DNA of 64,000 nucleotides from an uncultured Chloroflexia bacterium (GTDB lineage: Bacteria; Chloroflexota; Limnocylindria; Limnocylindrales; CSP1-4), in assembly GCA_963817245.1 (NCBI GenBank), contig CAWFNQ010000005.1, positions 7,890 through 71,889 on the forward strand. Reading direction: 5' to 3'. Below, in pieces: positions 10,509 through 19,926 of this stretch. Every line of letters starts with the position of its first letter. Within the stretch, counting starts at the first letter, position 1. The notes under the pieces are model-generated. The model saw only the letters and a list, made by a program, of their open reading frames with translations, was not told where the DNA came from and did not search any database. The translations under genes and the position numbers were made by a program.

Positions 10509-11344
10509 GGGTCTACATCAGCGTCGACATGGAGGGGATCGCCGGGATCAGCCACCCGCACCCGACCGACCCCGCGAACGTGCGCTATCCGACGTCGGTC
10601 GAGCTGATGATCGGCGAGACGAACGCAGCGATCGCCGGCGCGCTCGCGGCCGGGGCGACGGACATCCTGGTCAACGACAGCCACTGGAACATGTACAACC
10701 TGCTTCCGGAGCAGCTCGATCCGGCGGCTCGCGTCCTGCAGGGCCAGAAGGTCTGGTCGATGGTCGCCGGGCGCCCAGCCTGGTCCCGACGGCCGGCCAT
10801 CGTTCGACGTCGCGATCTTCGTCGGCTACCACGCCCGGGCCGGTCATCCGCGCGGGACGATCGCCCATACCTACACGGGTCGCCCGGTGGAGACCCGCCT
10901 CGACGGTCGTCCGACCGGCGAGTACGGGGTCAACGCACTCGCCCTCGGCGCGTGGGGCATCCCGGTGGGGCTCGTGGCCGGCGACGATGCCCTCGCCGAG
11001 GAGGTCGCGGGCTGGCTGCCGTGGGCCGAACGGGTGGTCGTGAAGACGGCCGACGGCGGCCACAGCGCGATCTCCGTGCACCCGAGCGTCGCCCGCGAGC
11101 GCATCCGGGCCGCGACCGAGACCGCCGTCCGCCGGGCGGCCGCCGGCGAGCTCCAGCTCCTGCGGGTCGGGCCGCCCGTCGTCATCGAGATCGACTACGG
11201 GCGCGGTCTCCTCGCCGACTTCGCGGCCCTGGTCCCGGGCGCCGAACGGATCGGGGATCGCGGGGTCCGCTACGCCTCGGACGATCCGATCGAGGCCTTC
11301 CGCGGCTTCCTCGTCGGCATTCGGATGGCGGACGGGTCGATTGA
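10505..11344 (+). CDS. dppA: M55 family D-aminopeptidase DppA (frameshift near 10775)
   Basis: MRVYISVDMEGIAG; VNDSH; FVGYHARAG; IAHTY; GEYGVNA; VAGDD. Confidence 0.88.
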   Translation: MRVYISVDMEGIAGISHPHPTDPANVRYPTSVELMIGETNAAIAGALAAGATDILVNDSHWNMYNLLPEQLDPAARVLQGQKVWSMVAGRPAWSRRPAIVRRRDLRRLPRPGRSSARDDRPYLHGSPGGDPPRRSSDRRVRGQRTRPRRVGHPGGARGRRRCPRRGGRGLAAVGRTGGREDGRRRPQRDLRAPERRPRAHPGRDRDRRPPGGRRRAPAPAGRAARRHRDRLRARSPRRLRGPGPGRRTDRGSRGPLRLGRSDRGLPRLPRRHSDGGRVD

Positions 11345-11502
11345 GCCGAGCAGCCCGTCGAGGACCGGCCGCCGAAACACCGCCGCCGGCCGGATCGAGC
11401 AGCGGATCGAGCGGCGGAGCGATGGCCCCCGGCGCCGTCCATACTGGCCGGAGGACCACCCGGGGGCGCGCGACCGGGTCGACCACCCGTTCGGAGGAAC
11501 CC

Positions 11503-12691
11503 GTGACCGTCCCCACCCCCCGAGCCCGACCGACCGACCTCGGCGTCCGGATCGGCCGGCTCGAGCCAGGCCCGACCGACTCGATCGTCGACGTCGCCAA
11601 CGTCCGCGTCGGGCACGCGACGGTCTGGCGCGACGAGCCGGCCCCGCCGGCCGGGCGGGGGATCGCCCGGACGGGGGTGACGGCCATCGTCCCGTTCGGG
11701 GCGGGGGAGCTCTTCCATCGGCGGGTCCCGGCCGGCGCGGCGGTCCTCAACGGCGCGGGCGAGGCGATCGGCATCACCGCGATCGCCGAGTGGGGCGTCC
11801 TCGAGTCGCCGATCATGCTCACGAGCTCGATGGCGATCGGGCGCGTCTACGACGCGACGATCACGACCCTGGTCGGGCTCGGCGCCCGGGGCGACGAGGA
11901 GGACGCGCTCATGCCGGTCGTCGCCGAGTGTGACGACGGCTGGCTGAACACCGCGCATCCGGTCCAGGTCGATGACGCCGATGTCGCGGCCGCGATCGCC
12001 GGCGCGGTCGGCCCCGAGGCGGGCCCGGTCGCCGGAGGAGCGATCGGGGCCGGCACCGGGATGGTCTGCTACGAGCTGAAGGGCGGGATCGGTTCGGCTT
12101 CTCGCCGGGTCGAGCCGGTCGATCGACACCAGACGTTCGGCCTCCCGGGCGCGGTGTCGACCGGCCCGAGCTACACCGTCGGCGCGCTCGTCCTGGCCAA
12201 CTACGGGCAGATCGCCTGGCTGACGATCGATGGCGTGCCCGTCGGCGAGCACCTCGTTGCCGAGGGCTGGCTCGGCGGCGAGCCGCGCGATCGCGAGCGC
12301 GGGAGCTGCGTAGTCGTGATCGCGACCGACGCGCCGCTCCACGGCGCCCAGCTCGAACGACTGGCGCGTCGGGCGGGCCTCGGCCTCGCCCGGACCGGCT
12401 CGTTCGCGGGCCACGGCTCGGGGGACATCTTCCTCGCGTTCTCGACGGGGCTCCGCATCCAACGCGATCGCGACCGGCCGCTGCAAACGCTCGAAGTCCT
12501 CGATGACGAGCGGCTCGACCCGTTCTTCGCCGCGGTCGTCGAGGTCACGGAGGCCGCGGTCGTCGACGCGCTGTTCCGGGCCGACACCGTGGACGGGGCG
12601 CGCAGGTCACGTCGCGCGCGCCCTGCCCATCGAGCGGACGCTCGACCTGCTGCGCGCGGCCGGCCGGCTGCGCGCCGGGAGTCCCGGATGA
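11503..12691 (+). CDS. P1/DmpA family peptidase (frameshift near 12600)
   Basis: GPTDSIVDVANVRVGHAT; RTGVTAIVP; NGAGE; PVVAECDDGWLN; GAGTGMVCYELKGGIGSASR; GSCVVVIATDAPL; HGSGDIFLAFST; GGAGG RBS. Confidence 0.9.
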
Positions 12692-14274
12692 GGACCGACT
12701 GGGGCCCGCTGGACCGGCTCGTCGAGCGGGCCGACGCCCTGGCTGCCTCGCTGGCGCCGGGGGCGCGGGCGACGACCTCGCTCGGCCAGGAGCGGGCGAT
12801 GCTCCGGCTCTTCGGGGTCACCGGGCTCGACGCCACCGGACGGCCGCTCGCCGGTGCGACCGTGGACCGCTGGCTGGCGCGCGACCGGCGCGGCCTCGGC
12901 GGCGGCGTCGCCCTGCCGTTCGCGATGGGCCTCCTCGAATACGACCTCGACCCGCAGCAGCTGGCCCTCGACGTCGCGGCGGGATCCGTCGATCTCGGCC
13001 TCGAATCCGACCTGCTCCGACTGCCCGACCGCCGCGCGGTCGCCGAGGCCGAGGCGACCCGGCTGGCCCGGGCCGCCATCGACCGGATCGATGCCGACCG
13101 TATCGCCCGGCGCGAGATCATCGACCTGCTCGGTGACGCCACGCCGCCGTGGATCGGGACCACGATCGTGGAGCCGGACCTCGAGGGCGCCCTCGACGAG
13201 GTGGACGAGCTGATCGCCGCCGGCGCGGACCTCATCCGGATCGAGGTGCCGATCGGCCGGGAGCTGGCGGAACGGCTCCAGGGCGTCGGGCTCGAGGTGC
13301 CCGAATGGCGGCCCGGCGACGCCCGCCCGGCCCGCGCCGGGCGCGAGCACGTCGACCCGGCACCGGCCGGCAGCCAACGGGCGCTCGCCGAGCTGCGCCA
13401 CCTCGCCGACAGCCTCGCCGCCCAGCGGCGCGGCTACGTCCGGCTGGCCACGGCGGCCCCTGCCCTCTGGTCGCCCGAGGACGCCGTCGTCGCGGCCTTC
13501 GAGCGGATCGACATCGTCGAGGCCGACCCGATGGCCGAGATCGTCGCCACCGGGGTCGATCCGGACCGCGCTCTGTCGGACCACTCCTTCGCGCACCGGC
13601 TGCACCGGCGGGCCGGCACGATCCTGCTGATCGGCGCGGGCTCGCTCGTGGTGGCGCCCGACCTGCGGGTCGGGATCCCGTCCGACCCGGCGACCCGCTG
13701 CGGTCGTGCCCTCGCCCTCCAGATCCTCGCGGTCGCGCTGGCCAAGGCCGACGGCGTCCCGACGTCGCAGATCGCGATCGGGGCCCTGCCGGCGTGGATC
13801 ATCGACGAGCCCTCGCCAGCCGCCCGGTCGATCGCCGAGATCGCCGTCCGGCGGGAGCTCTATCCAGACCATCCGCTGGCGTTCGTGGAACCCGACGCAC
13901 CGCCCGATCAGGCCGCCGCGTGGCCGTACATCCTCGCGGCCGGGCTGACCGTCGCCGGCGAGGCGGCCATCGTGATCCGGCGGCCCGGCCGGACGCAGGC
14001 GGTCGCCCGCGAGACCCGCGCCGCCGCACGCGTCGCGGTCGAAGTCGGCGCGGCACGTGAGCCCGCCGAACTGGCGGGGATCGCGCTGGAACACGCCCGG
14101 GGCGCCATCGGCGTCGCGATGGCCACGATCGAGATGTTGACGGACCGGGGCTGGCGGGCCGTGGCCGGGGACGGACCCGGGGTGGCCGCCGCCCGGGCGC
14201 TCGGCCGGGAGTCCGTGGCCGAGCGGACGGACGCGTTCGATCCGCTCGAGATCGCGCTCGGCCGGTCGGGCTGA
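12688..14274 (+). CDS. Divergent lysine 5,6-aminomutase alpha-subunit-like TIM-barrel protein
   Basis: N-terminus TTSLGQERAMLRLFGVTGLDATGRPLAGATVD resembles KamD (recalled consensus TTxxxERxxxRLxGxDG); AGADLIRI; PEDAVVAAFERID..DP..VDPDRALSDHSFA. The ORF-track fusion to DmpA is a frameshift artefact. Confidence 0.65.
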   Translation: MRTDWGPLDRLVERADALAASLAPGARATTSLGQERAMLRLFGVTGLDATGRPLAGATVDRWLARDRRGLGGGVALPFAMGLLEYDLDPQQLALDVAAGSVDLGLESDLLRLPDRRAVAEAEATRLARAAIDRIDADRIARREIIDLLGDATPPWIGTTIVEPDLEGALDEVDELIAAGADLIRIEVPIGRELAERLQGVGLEVPEWRPGDARPARAGREHVDPAPAGSQRALAELRHLADSLAAQRRGYVRLATAAPALWSPEDAVVAAFERIDIVEADPMAEIVATGVDPDRALSDHSFAHRLHRRAGTILLIGAGSLVVAPDLRVGIPSDPATRCGRALALQILAVALAKADGVPTSQIAIGALPAWIIDEPSPAARSIAEIAVRRELYPDHPLAFVEPDAPPDQAAAWPYILAAGLTVAGEAAIVIRRPGRTQAVARETRAAARVAVEVGAAREPAELAGIALEHARGAIGVAMATIEMLTDRGWRAVAGDGPGVAAARALGRESVAERTDAFDPLEIALGRSG

Positions 14275-14320
14275 GGGGGCGAAGGGCCTCCTGGGCGTGA
14301 CGGCTCGCCGGTGGGCCGAC

Positions 14321-14380
14321 GGACGGGGACGGCCTCAGCCGGACGGGGACGGCCTCAGCCGGACGGGGACGGCCTCAGCC
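14321..14380. repeat. Perfect 20-bp tandem repeat x3 (GGACGGGGACGGCCTCAGCC)
   Basis: Three exact copies between convergent genes; the last copy includes the MoaD stop codon. Confidence 0.95.
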
Positions 14381-14638
14381 GCCCGACACCGCCGGGATCA
14401 CGTGGACCGTGGCCGACGTGCCGACCGGGGTCGTGAGCTCGGCCGGATCGCCGTCCACGAAGACGTTGATGTGCGGTCGGAGTCGCGGGCCGGACTCCAC
14501 CAGCCGGTCGCGGACGCCCGGGACTCGGGTGTCGAGCGCATCGATGAGTGCCCCGACGGACGTGCCGTCCAGCTCGTACCGGCGCTCCGCGGTCGGGAAG
14601 AGCGCCAGCAGCGAGCGAGGCAGCAGCACGACGGCCAT
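14375..14638 (-). CDS. MoaD/ThiS family ubiquitin-like sulfur carrier
   Basis: 87 aa; RPHINVFVDG..VHVIPAVSGG* with C-terminal GG. Confidence 0.9.
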   Translation of the reverse strand: MAVVLLPRSLLALFPTAERRYELDGTSVGALIDALDTRVPGVRDRLVESGPRLRPHINVFVDGDPAELTTPVGTSATVHVIPAVSGG

Positions 14639-14643
14639 CGCGA

Positions 14644-15726
14644 TCAGCCCCCGACGGGCGCGGCCTCGACGGCCCAGATCTCGGGAAGGGTGTCGGTGAT
14701 GAGGCGCCACGACCGGCCCTCGTCGGCGCTGTGCCAGAGCTGGCCCGTCTCCGTACCGAAGGCCACCCCGACCGGGTCGAGCGTGTCGCGGGCCATGGCC
14801 TCGCGCAGCACTGTCAAGAAGGCGTCACCGGTGGGCAGGCCCGTGTCCGCCCGGGTCCACGTGGCGCCCCGGTCATGGGTCCGCCACACGGCCGGCCGCC
14901 CGTCGGGGACGAAGCGTCCCAGCTCGGCGCCATTGAGCGGGATCGTCCAGACGGTGTCCGGGTCGCGCGGGTGGCTGACCATGGGGAAGCCGAATTCGGA
15001 GGGCAGGCCGTTGTCGGTGAGTTCGACCCAGTGGGCGCCGCCGTCGTCAGATCGATACACGCCGCAGTGGTTCTGCTGGTACAGCGTCTCGGGCTGGCCC
15101 GCGGCCATGACCAGCTTGTGCACGCATTGGCCCGTCTCGGGGAAGGGATCGGGCATGAAGCCCGCCCGAACGCCGACGTTCCGTGGCGTCCAGGTGGCCC
15201 CGCCGTCAGTGGTCTCGAAGGTCCCGACCGCCGAGATGCCGACCCAGATGTGCGACGGGTCGGTCGGGTGGGGGACGATCGAATGCAGGATCAGCCCACC
15301 CGCGCCGGGCTGCCAGGTGGACCGGGTCGGGTGGTTCGTCAGGCCCTCGACGTGGCTCCAGGTCGCGCCACCGTCCGTGCTGCGGAACAGCCCGGCCGGC
15401 TCGACACCGGCGAGGATCGCGCCGTCGGCGGCGACGGCGAGACTCCAGATCGTCTTGATGGGCGGACCGTCGTCGCCGTAGGTCAGCCCGGCCGAGGAGT
15501 GCGTCCAGGTCACGCCGCCGTCGTCGCTGCGCCAGACGGCGCCACCGAACCACGGGCTGCCTCCGGCCGCCAGGATCGCGCCGGTCGCCGGCTCGACGAT
15601 CAGGTCGTGGATGGGCCAGCCCTCGCAGAGCGGTCCACGGATCGACCAGTCGCGACGGTCCGCCTCGCTCTCGAGGATGAAGGCGCCCTTCTTGGTCCCG
15701 ACGAGCAGCCGGGTTCGATCGGTCAT
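14644..15726 (-). CDS. BNR/Asp-box repeat beta-propeller protein
   Basis: LLVGTKKGAF; repeated SxDGGxTW Asp-boxes; QCVHK; YQQNHCGVYRSDDGG; SEFGFP. Confidence 0.88.
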   Translation of the reverse strand: MTDRTRLLVGTKKGAFILESEADRRDWSIRGPLCEGWPIHDLIVEPATGAILAAGGSPWFGGAVWRSDDGGVTWTHSSAGLTYGDDGPPIKTIWSLAVAADGAILAGVEPAGLFRSTDGGATWSHVEGLTNHPTRSTWQPGAGGLILHSIVPHPTDPSHIWVGISAVGTFETTDGGATWTPRNVGVRAGFMPDPFPETGQCVHKLVMAAGQPETLYQQNHCGVYRSDDGGAHWVELTDNGLPSEFGFPMVSHPRDPDTVWTIPLNGAELGRFVPDGRPAVWRTHDRGATWTRADTGLPTGDAFLTVLREAMARDTLDPVGVAFGTETGQLWHSADEGRSWRLITDTLPEIWAVEAAPVGG

Positions 15727-15753
15727 GGTCGTTCCTCCAGGGGTCAGACCGGG

Positions 15754-16221
15754 TCAGCTGCCCGCCTTGAACGGGTAGACGACCCAGCGGTCGGTCTCGA
15801 CGGCATACACATCCGGGCGCCCCGGGACGCGGGATCGCTCGGGCTTGTAGTGCAGGACCGCCGTGGTGGGGATGCCGCCAGCCTGGATCACGCGCTCGGT
15901 GACGGCATGGATCGTGGTGCCGCTGTCCCAGACCTCATCGACGACCAGGATCCGCTGGCCGCGGAGCAGGGGATCGGCCGGGAACTGCAGGAACGTCGGG
16001 TGCGGGCCGGGCTGGCCGGCGTCGTCGTAGTACTCGACGGCGGCCACGAGGATGTTCCGGATGCGCAGTCGGTAGGCAAGCATCCCGGCCGGGACGAGGC
16101 CGCCACGGGTGATGCACAGCATCACGTCGAAATGGGCTCCGGCGAGTCGTCCGGCGAGGTCCGCAACGAGTCGGTCGAGGTCGTCCCAGCTGACGATGTC
16201 GCGTTCCGGGGCCGCGGTCAT
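15754..16221 (-). CDS. Type I phosphoribosyltransferase (Gpt/Hpt-like)
   Basis: ITRGGLVPA; ILVVDEVWDSGTT PRPP-binding motif; WVVYPF. Confidence 0.9.
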   Translation of the reverse strand: MTAAPERDIVSWDDLDRLVADLAGRLAGAHFDVMLCITRGGLVPAGMLAYRLRIRNILVAAVEYYDDAGQPGPHPTFLQFPADPLLRGQRILVVDEVWDSGTTIHAVTERVIQAGGIPTTAVLHYKPERSRVPGRPDVYAVETDRWVVYPFKAGS

Positions 16222-16303
16222 CTGCACGCCCCAAGGATACGGCGCGCGCCTCGTCCGGGCACCCGCGATGCCGCGCCTCACCCGCCGAGGCGACTGTTCC
16301 TGG

Positions 16304-18310
16304 TCAGCCCGGGTGCGGCGGCGCGATCGCGCGGATCGCCTCGACCGTGAGCGGGTCGTCGAGCGAGGAGAGATCACCGGGGTCGAGGCCGAGCCAGCTC
16401 GCCCTCGCGACACGACGCATCACCTTGCCCGAGCGGGTCTTCGGGAGCGCGCGGACCACGGCCACGGTCTCGGGCTTGAGCGGCTTGCCGAGCTGGTCGG
16501 CCACCGTCCGCGCGATATCGGCGCGGAGGGCCTCGTCGTCCTGCTCGCCCGGTCGCAGGACACAGAGCACGACGATGACCTCGCCCTTGATCTCGTGCGG
16601 AACGCCGATCGCCGCTGCCTCGAGCACCGCCCGATGGGAGACGGCGGCGCTCTCGACCTCGGCCGGGCCGACCCGCTTGCCGGCGACCTTGAGCGTGTCG
16701 TCCGACCGCCCGTGGATGTACCAGAATCCGTCGGCCTCGATGCTCGCCCAGTCGCCGTGGACCCACGTCCCCGGGATGCGCGACCAGTACGTCTCCTCGT
16801 AGCGCTCGGGGTCGCGCCAGAAGCCGCGGGTCATGCCCGGCATCGGGGCCCGGATGACGAGCTCGCCGACCGCGCCACGGACCGGCGCCCCGGTCTCGTC
16901 GGTGACGTCGGCCGCGGTCCCGATGCACGGCCCGGAGAAGGATGCCGGCCGGATCGGCCCGATGACGTTGCCCGACACGATCCCACCCGAGACCTCGGTC
17001 CCGCCCGAGTAGTTGACGACCGGGCAGCGACCCTCGCCCACCTCGCGGAAGTACCACCACCATGGCTCCGGGTTCCACGGCTCGCCGGTCGAGCCGAGCA
17101 CGCGCAGCGACGAGCGGTCGTGCGCGCGGACGGGGTCCTCGCCGTGGGCCATGAGCGAGCGGATGACCGTCGGCGAGACCCCGAGGTGGGTCACCCGGTG
17201 GCGCTCGACGATGGACCACAGCCGGTCCGGCCCTGGGTGATCCGGGGCCCCCTCGTACAGGACGAGCCGGGCCCCGCGCAGGAGCGATCCGGCGATCGCC
17301 CAGGGTCCCATCATCCAGCCGAGGTCGGTGAACCAGAAGAGGCAGTCGCCGGGGCCGAGATCGAAGTGGTGGGCGAGGTCCTGCGCGGCCTTGATCGGGA
17401 AGCCGCCATGGACATGGACGGCCCCCTTCGGCCGGCCCGTGGTCCCCGATGTGTAGATGAGCATGAACGGGGTCTCGGGGTCGATGTCGGGCGGACCGGC
17501 GGGCTCGTCCGTTGATGTCGCTGCCGTGGCAAGGGGCGCGTCCCACCAAGCGTCGCGGCCCGCCGTCCACGGCGTCGCGACGGCCTCACCCGCCCGGCGG
17601 ACGACGAGGACGTGTCGCACCGACGGCACGGCGGCGACGGCCTCGTCGGCGACGCCCTTGAGCGCGACCCACGAACCTCGCCGCAGGAACCCGTCGGCGG
17701 TGATGAGCGCCGAGGCGTCGCAGTCGGCGAGCCGGGTCGCGATGGCCGGCGCGCCGTAGCCGCTGAAGATCGGCGTGAAGATGGCCCGGACCCGGGCGAG
17801 CGCGAGCATCGCGACCGCGGTCTCGAGCAGCATCGGCAGCAGGATCCCGACGCGGTCGCCGGCGCCGATGCCAAGCGCCCGGAGCCGCCGCGCGGCCACC
17901 TCGACGGCATCGGCGAGTTCGCGGTTGGTCAGGCGGCGCACCGCGCCGTCCTCGCCCTCCCAGTCGAGCGCGACAGCGTCGGGCGCCCGCGCCAGCCGGG
18001 CACCGAGGCCGGCCGCCGCGTAGTCGAATGCCCCACCGACCCACCAGCGCGCCCAGGCGGATCCGCCGCTCGCGTCGAGGACGTCCCGGGGCCGGCGGGT
18101 CCAGGGGATCCCGATGTCGTCGGTCGCGGCGCCCCAGAACCAGCCCGGGTCGGCCGAGGCGCGCGCCTGGAGCGCGTCAAGCGACGGCTCGCCTGTCGAC
18201 GCCAGGAACCGCGCCAGGAACGACGTTCGTGCCGCCTCGGGGTCGGGCCGCCAGGCGACGGCCTCGCCGTCGCGCCCGAAGATCGGCCACGCTCGTTCCA
18301 GGTCGGGCAT
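16304..18310 (-). CDS. Acetyl/acyl-CoA synthetase (AMP-forming)
   Basis: IYTSGTTGRPKG; TDLGWMMG; GSTGEPWN; GGTE; GRSDDTLKVAGKRVGPAEVE; LPKTRSGKVMRR. Confidence 0.92.
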   Translation of the reverse strand: MPDLERAWPIFGRDGEAVAWRPDPEAARTSFLARFLASTGEPSLDALQARASADPGWFWGAATDDIGIPWTRRPRDVLDASGGSAWARWWVGGAFDYAAAGLGARLARAPDAVALDWEGEDGAVRRLTNRELADAVEVAARRLRALGIGAGDRVGILLPMLLETAVAMLALARVRAIFTPIFSGYGAPAIATRLADCDASALITADGFLRRGSWVALKGVADEAVAAVPSVRHVLVVRRAGEAVATPWTAGRDAWWDAPLATAATSTDEPAGPPDIDPETPFMLIYTSGTTGRPKGAVHVHGGFPIKAAQDLAHHFDLGPGDCLFWFTDLGWMMGPWAIAGSLLRGARLVLYEGAPDHPGPDRLWSIVERHRVTHLGVSPTVIRSLMAHGEDPVRAHDRSSLRVLGSTGEPWNPEPWWWYFREVGEGRCPVVNYSGGTEVSGGIVSGNVIGPIRPASFSGPCIGTAADVTDETGAPVRGAVGELVIRAPMPGMTRGFWRDPERYEETYWSRIPGTWVHGDWASIEADGFWYIHGRSDDTLKVAGKRVGPAEVESAAVSHRAVLEAAAIGVPHEIKGEVIVVLCVLRPGEQDDEALRADIARTVADQLGKPLKPETVAVVRALPKTRSGKVMRRVARASWLGLDPGDLSSLDDPLTVEAIRAIAPPHPG

Positions 18311-18366
18311 GATGGACAGCGTACGGCAGACGGCCGTCGCCGCGATCCGGTCAACGCCCCGACGAT

Positions 18367-18383
18367 TCTCAGGATGGTCTCAG
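18367..18383 (+). promoter_or_regulatory. MprA-like direct-repeat box TCTCAG-N5-TCTCAG
   Basis: TCTCAGgatggTCTCAG upstream of the ferric-reductase-like gene. Confidence 0.65.
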
Positions 18384-18407
18384 GCGACGACCCCAATCTC
18401 GGCTGTC

Positions 18408-19790
18408 ATGACCACGCGCCCGCAGGCCGCCATGAGTGCACGACCCGTTCCGCTGCCGCGGACATGGGGAGTCCGAGGCGTCGACATCGTCGCGGTCCTG
18501 GCCGCTCAGGCCCTGATCATCGGCCTGATGTGGCTTCGCCACGGCGGGCTCGCCGACATGGGCTCGCCCGCCGGTCTGCTGACGGGCGTCGGGCAGCTCG
18601 CCGCCCTCTACGGCACCTACCTCGCGCTCATCCAGCTCGTGCTGATGTCGCGCAGCCCGTGGCTCGACGAAGCCTTCGGCATGGACCGCCTCGCGGTTGC
18701 CCACCGCTGGCTCGGCTTCGCGACCGCCTGGCTCCTCCTCGGCCACATCATCGCCACGACGATCGGCTGGTCGCTGGGCGACGGTCAGAGCGTCGTCGGT
18801 GAGTTCATCGACCTGGTCACGACCTATCCGTACGTGCTCATGGCGACCGCCAGCGCCGGCCTCTTCGCCGTCGTCGCGATCAGCTCCGCGCGCGCCGCGC
18901 GGCGTCGGATCTCGCGCGAGACTTGGTACGGCCTGCATCTCTACGCCTATCTCGCGATCGCCCTCGGCTTCCTGCACCAGTTGTTCGTCGGCAAGGACTT
19001 CGTCCACGACCAGGTCGCGTCCATCTACTGGATCGGGCTGTACGTCGCGACGATCGCCCTGGTCCTCGTTTTCCGGATCGGCCACCCGATCGCGACGTCC
19101 GTGCGCCACCGTCTGCAGGTCGCCAACATCGTCCGCGAGGCACCCGGCGTCGTGAGCCTCTACATCACCGGCGACCATCTCGACGAGCTGGCCGTCCGAG
19201 CCGGTCAGTACTTCCAGTGGCGGTTCCTGACCCGGGACGGCTGGTGGCGGGCGCATCCCTTCTCGATCTCGTCGGCCCCGAACGGCCGCTGGCTCCGAGT
19301 GACGATCAAGGACCTTGGGGACTGGTCCAGCGAACTCCAGCGGATCACGGTCGGGACGCGCATCTTCGTCGAGGGACCGTACGGGGTCCTGACGGGAGCG
19401 CGACGGACCCGTCGGCGCGTGCTGCTCATCGCCGGGGGGATCGGGATCACGCCCCTTCGGGCACTCCTCGAGGCGCTGCCGGGCGGTCCGGGCGACCTCA
19501 CGCTCATCTACCGCGTCAGTCGACCCCAGGACATCGTCTTCCGCGAGGAGCTCGAGGCTCTGGCTCGCCAGCGTGGGATCGTCCTGCACCTGCTCATCGG
19601 TGAGCGCGGCTCGCGGGCGATGCCCGAGGACCCGCTGTCGCCGCGAGCGCTCATCACCCGCGTTCCCGACATCACCGATCGCGACGTCTACCTGTGCGCC
19701 CCCGTATCGATGATGCAGAGCGTCGAGGAGACCCTGGCCGACCTTCGTGTCCCGAAGCGACAGATCCACGCCGAGCGCTTCGCGTACTGA
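18408..19790 (+). CDS. Ferric reductase-like transmembrane domain + FAD/NAD-binding oxidoreductase
   Basis: Heme-ligand His motifs (HRWLG, GH, LHLYAYLAIALGFLHQ); GQYF; HPFSISS; EGPYG; IAGGIGITP; HAERF. Confidence 0.92.
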   Translation: MTTRPQAAMSARPVPLPRTWGVRGVDIVAVLAAQALIIGLMWLRHGGLADMGSPAGLLTGVGQLAALYGTYLALIQLVLMSRSPWLDEAFGMDRLAVAHRWLGFATAWLLLGHIIATTIGWSLGDGQSVVGEFIDLVTTYPYVLMATASAGLFAVVAISSARAARRRISRETWYGLHLYAYLAIALGFLHQLFVGKDFVHDQVASIYWIGLYVATIALVLVFRIGHPIATSVRHRLQVANIVREAPGVVSLYITGDHLDELAVRAGQYFQWRFLTRDGWWRAHPFSISSAPNGRWLRVTIKDLGDWSSELQRITVGTRIFVEGPYGVLTGARRTRRRVLLIAGGIGITPLRALLEALPGGPGDLTLIYRVSRPQDIVFREELEALARQRGIVLHLLIGERGSRAMPEDPLSPRALITRVPDITDRDVYLCAPVSMMQSVEETLADLRVPKRQIHAERFAY

Positions 19791-19830
19791 CGCGCATCGG
19801 TGCCTCGACGCACCGCTGGGAGATGGCGGC

Positions 19831-19847
19831 TCTCAGGATCCTTGAAG
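19831..19847 (+). promoter_or_regulatory. MprA-like box (degenerate second half-site)
   Basis: TCTCAGgatccTTGAAG upstream of the DUF5666 gene. Confidence 0.45.
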
Positions 19848-19926
19848 GATCGTCGGCGAGACTCTCGCACACGGGTCCCCCGTGTGCTTCATGGGATCTG
19901 ATGCCCACCTACTGACGGAGACACAC

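Noticed and set aside
11341-14274. 977-aa DmpA-aminomutase fusion in the ORF track
   Set aside because: The natural DmpA C-terminus (GHVARALPIERTLDLLRAAGRL) lies in another frame ending at 12691 and overlaps the next ATG; the fusion is a frameshift artefact.
14321-14380. Mini CRISPR array
   Set aside because: Repeats are contiguous with no spacers.
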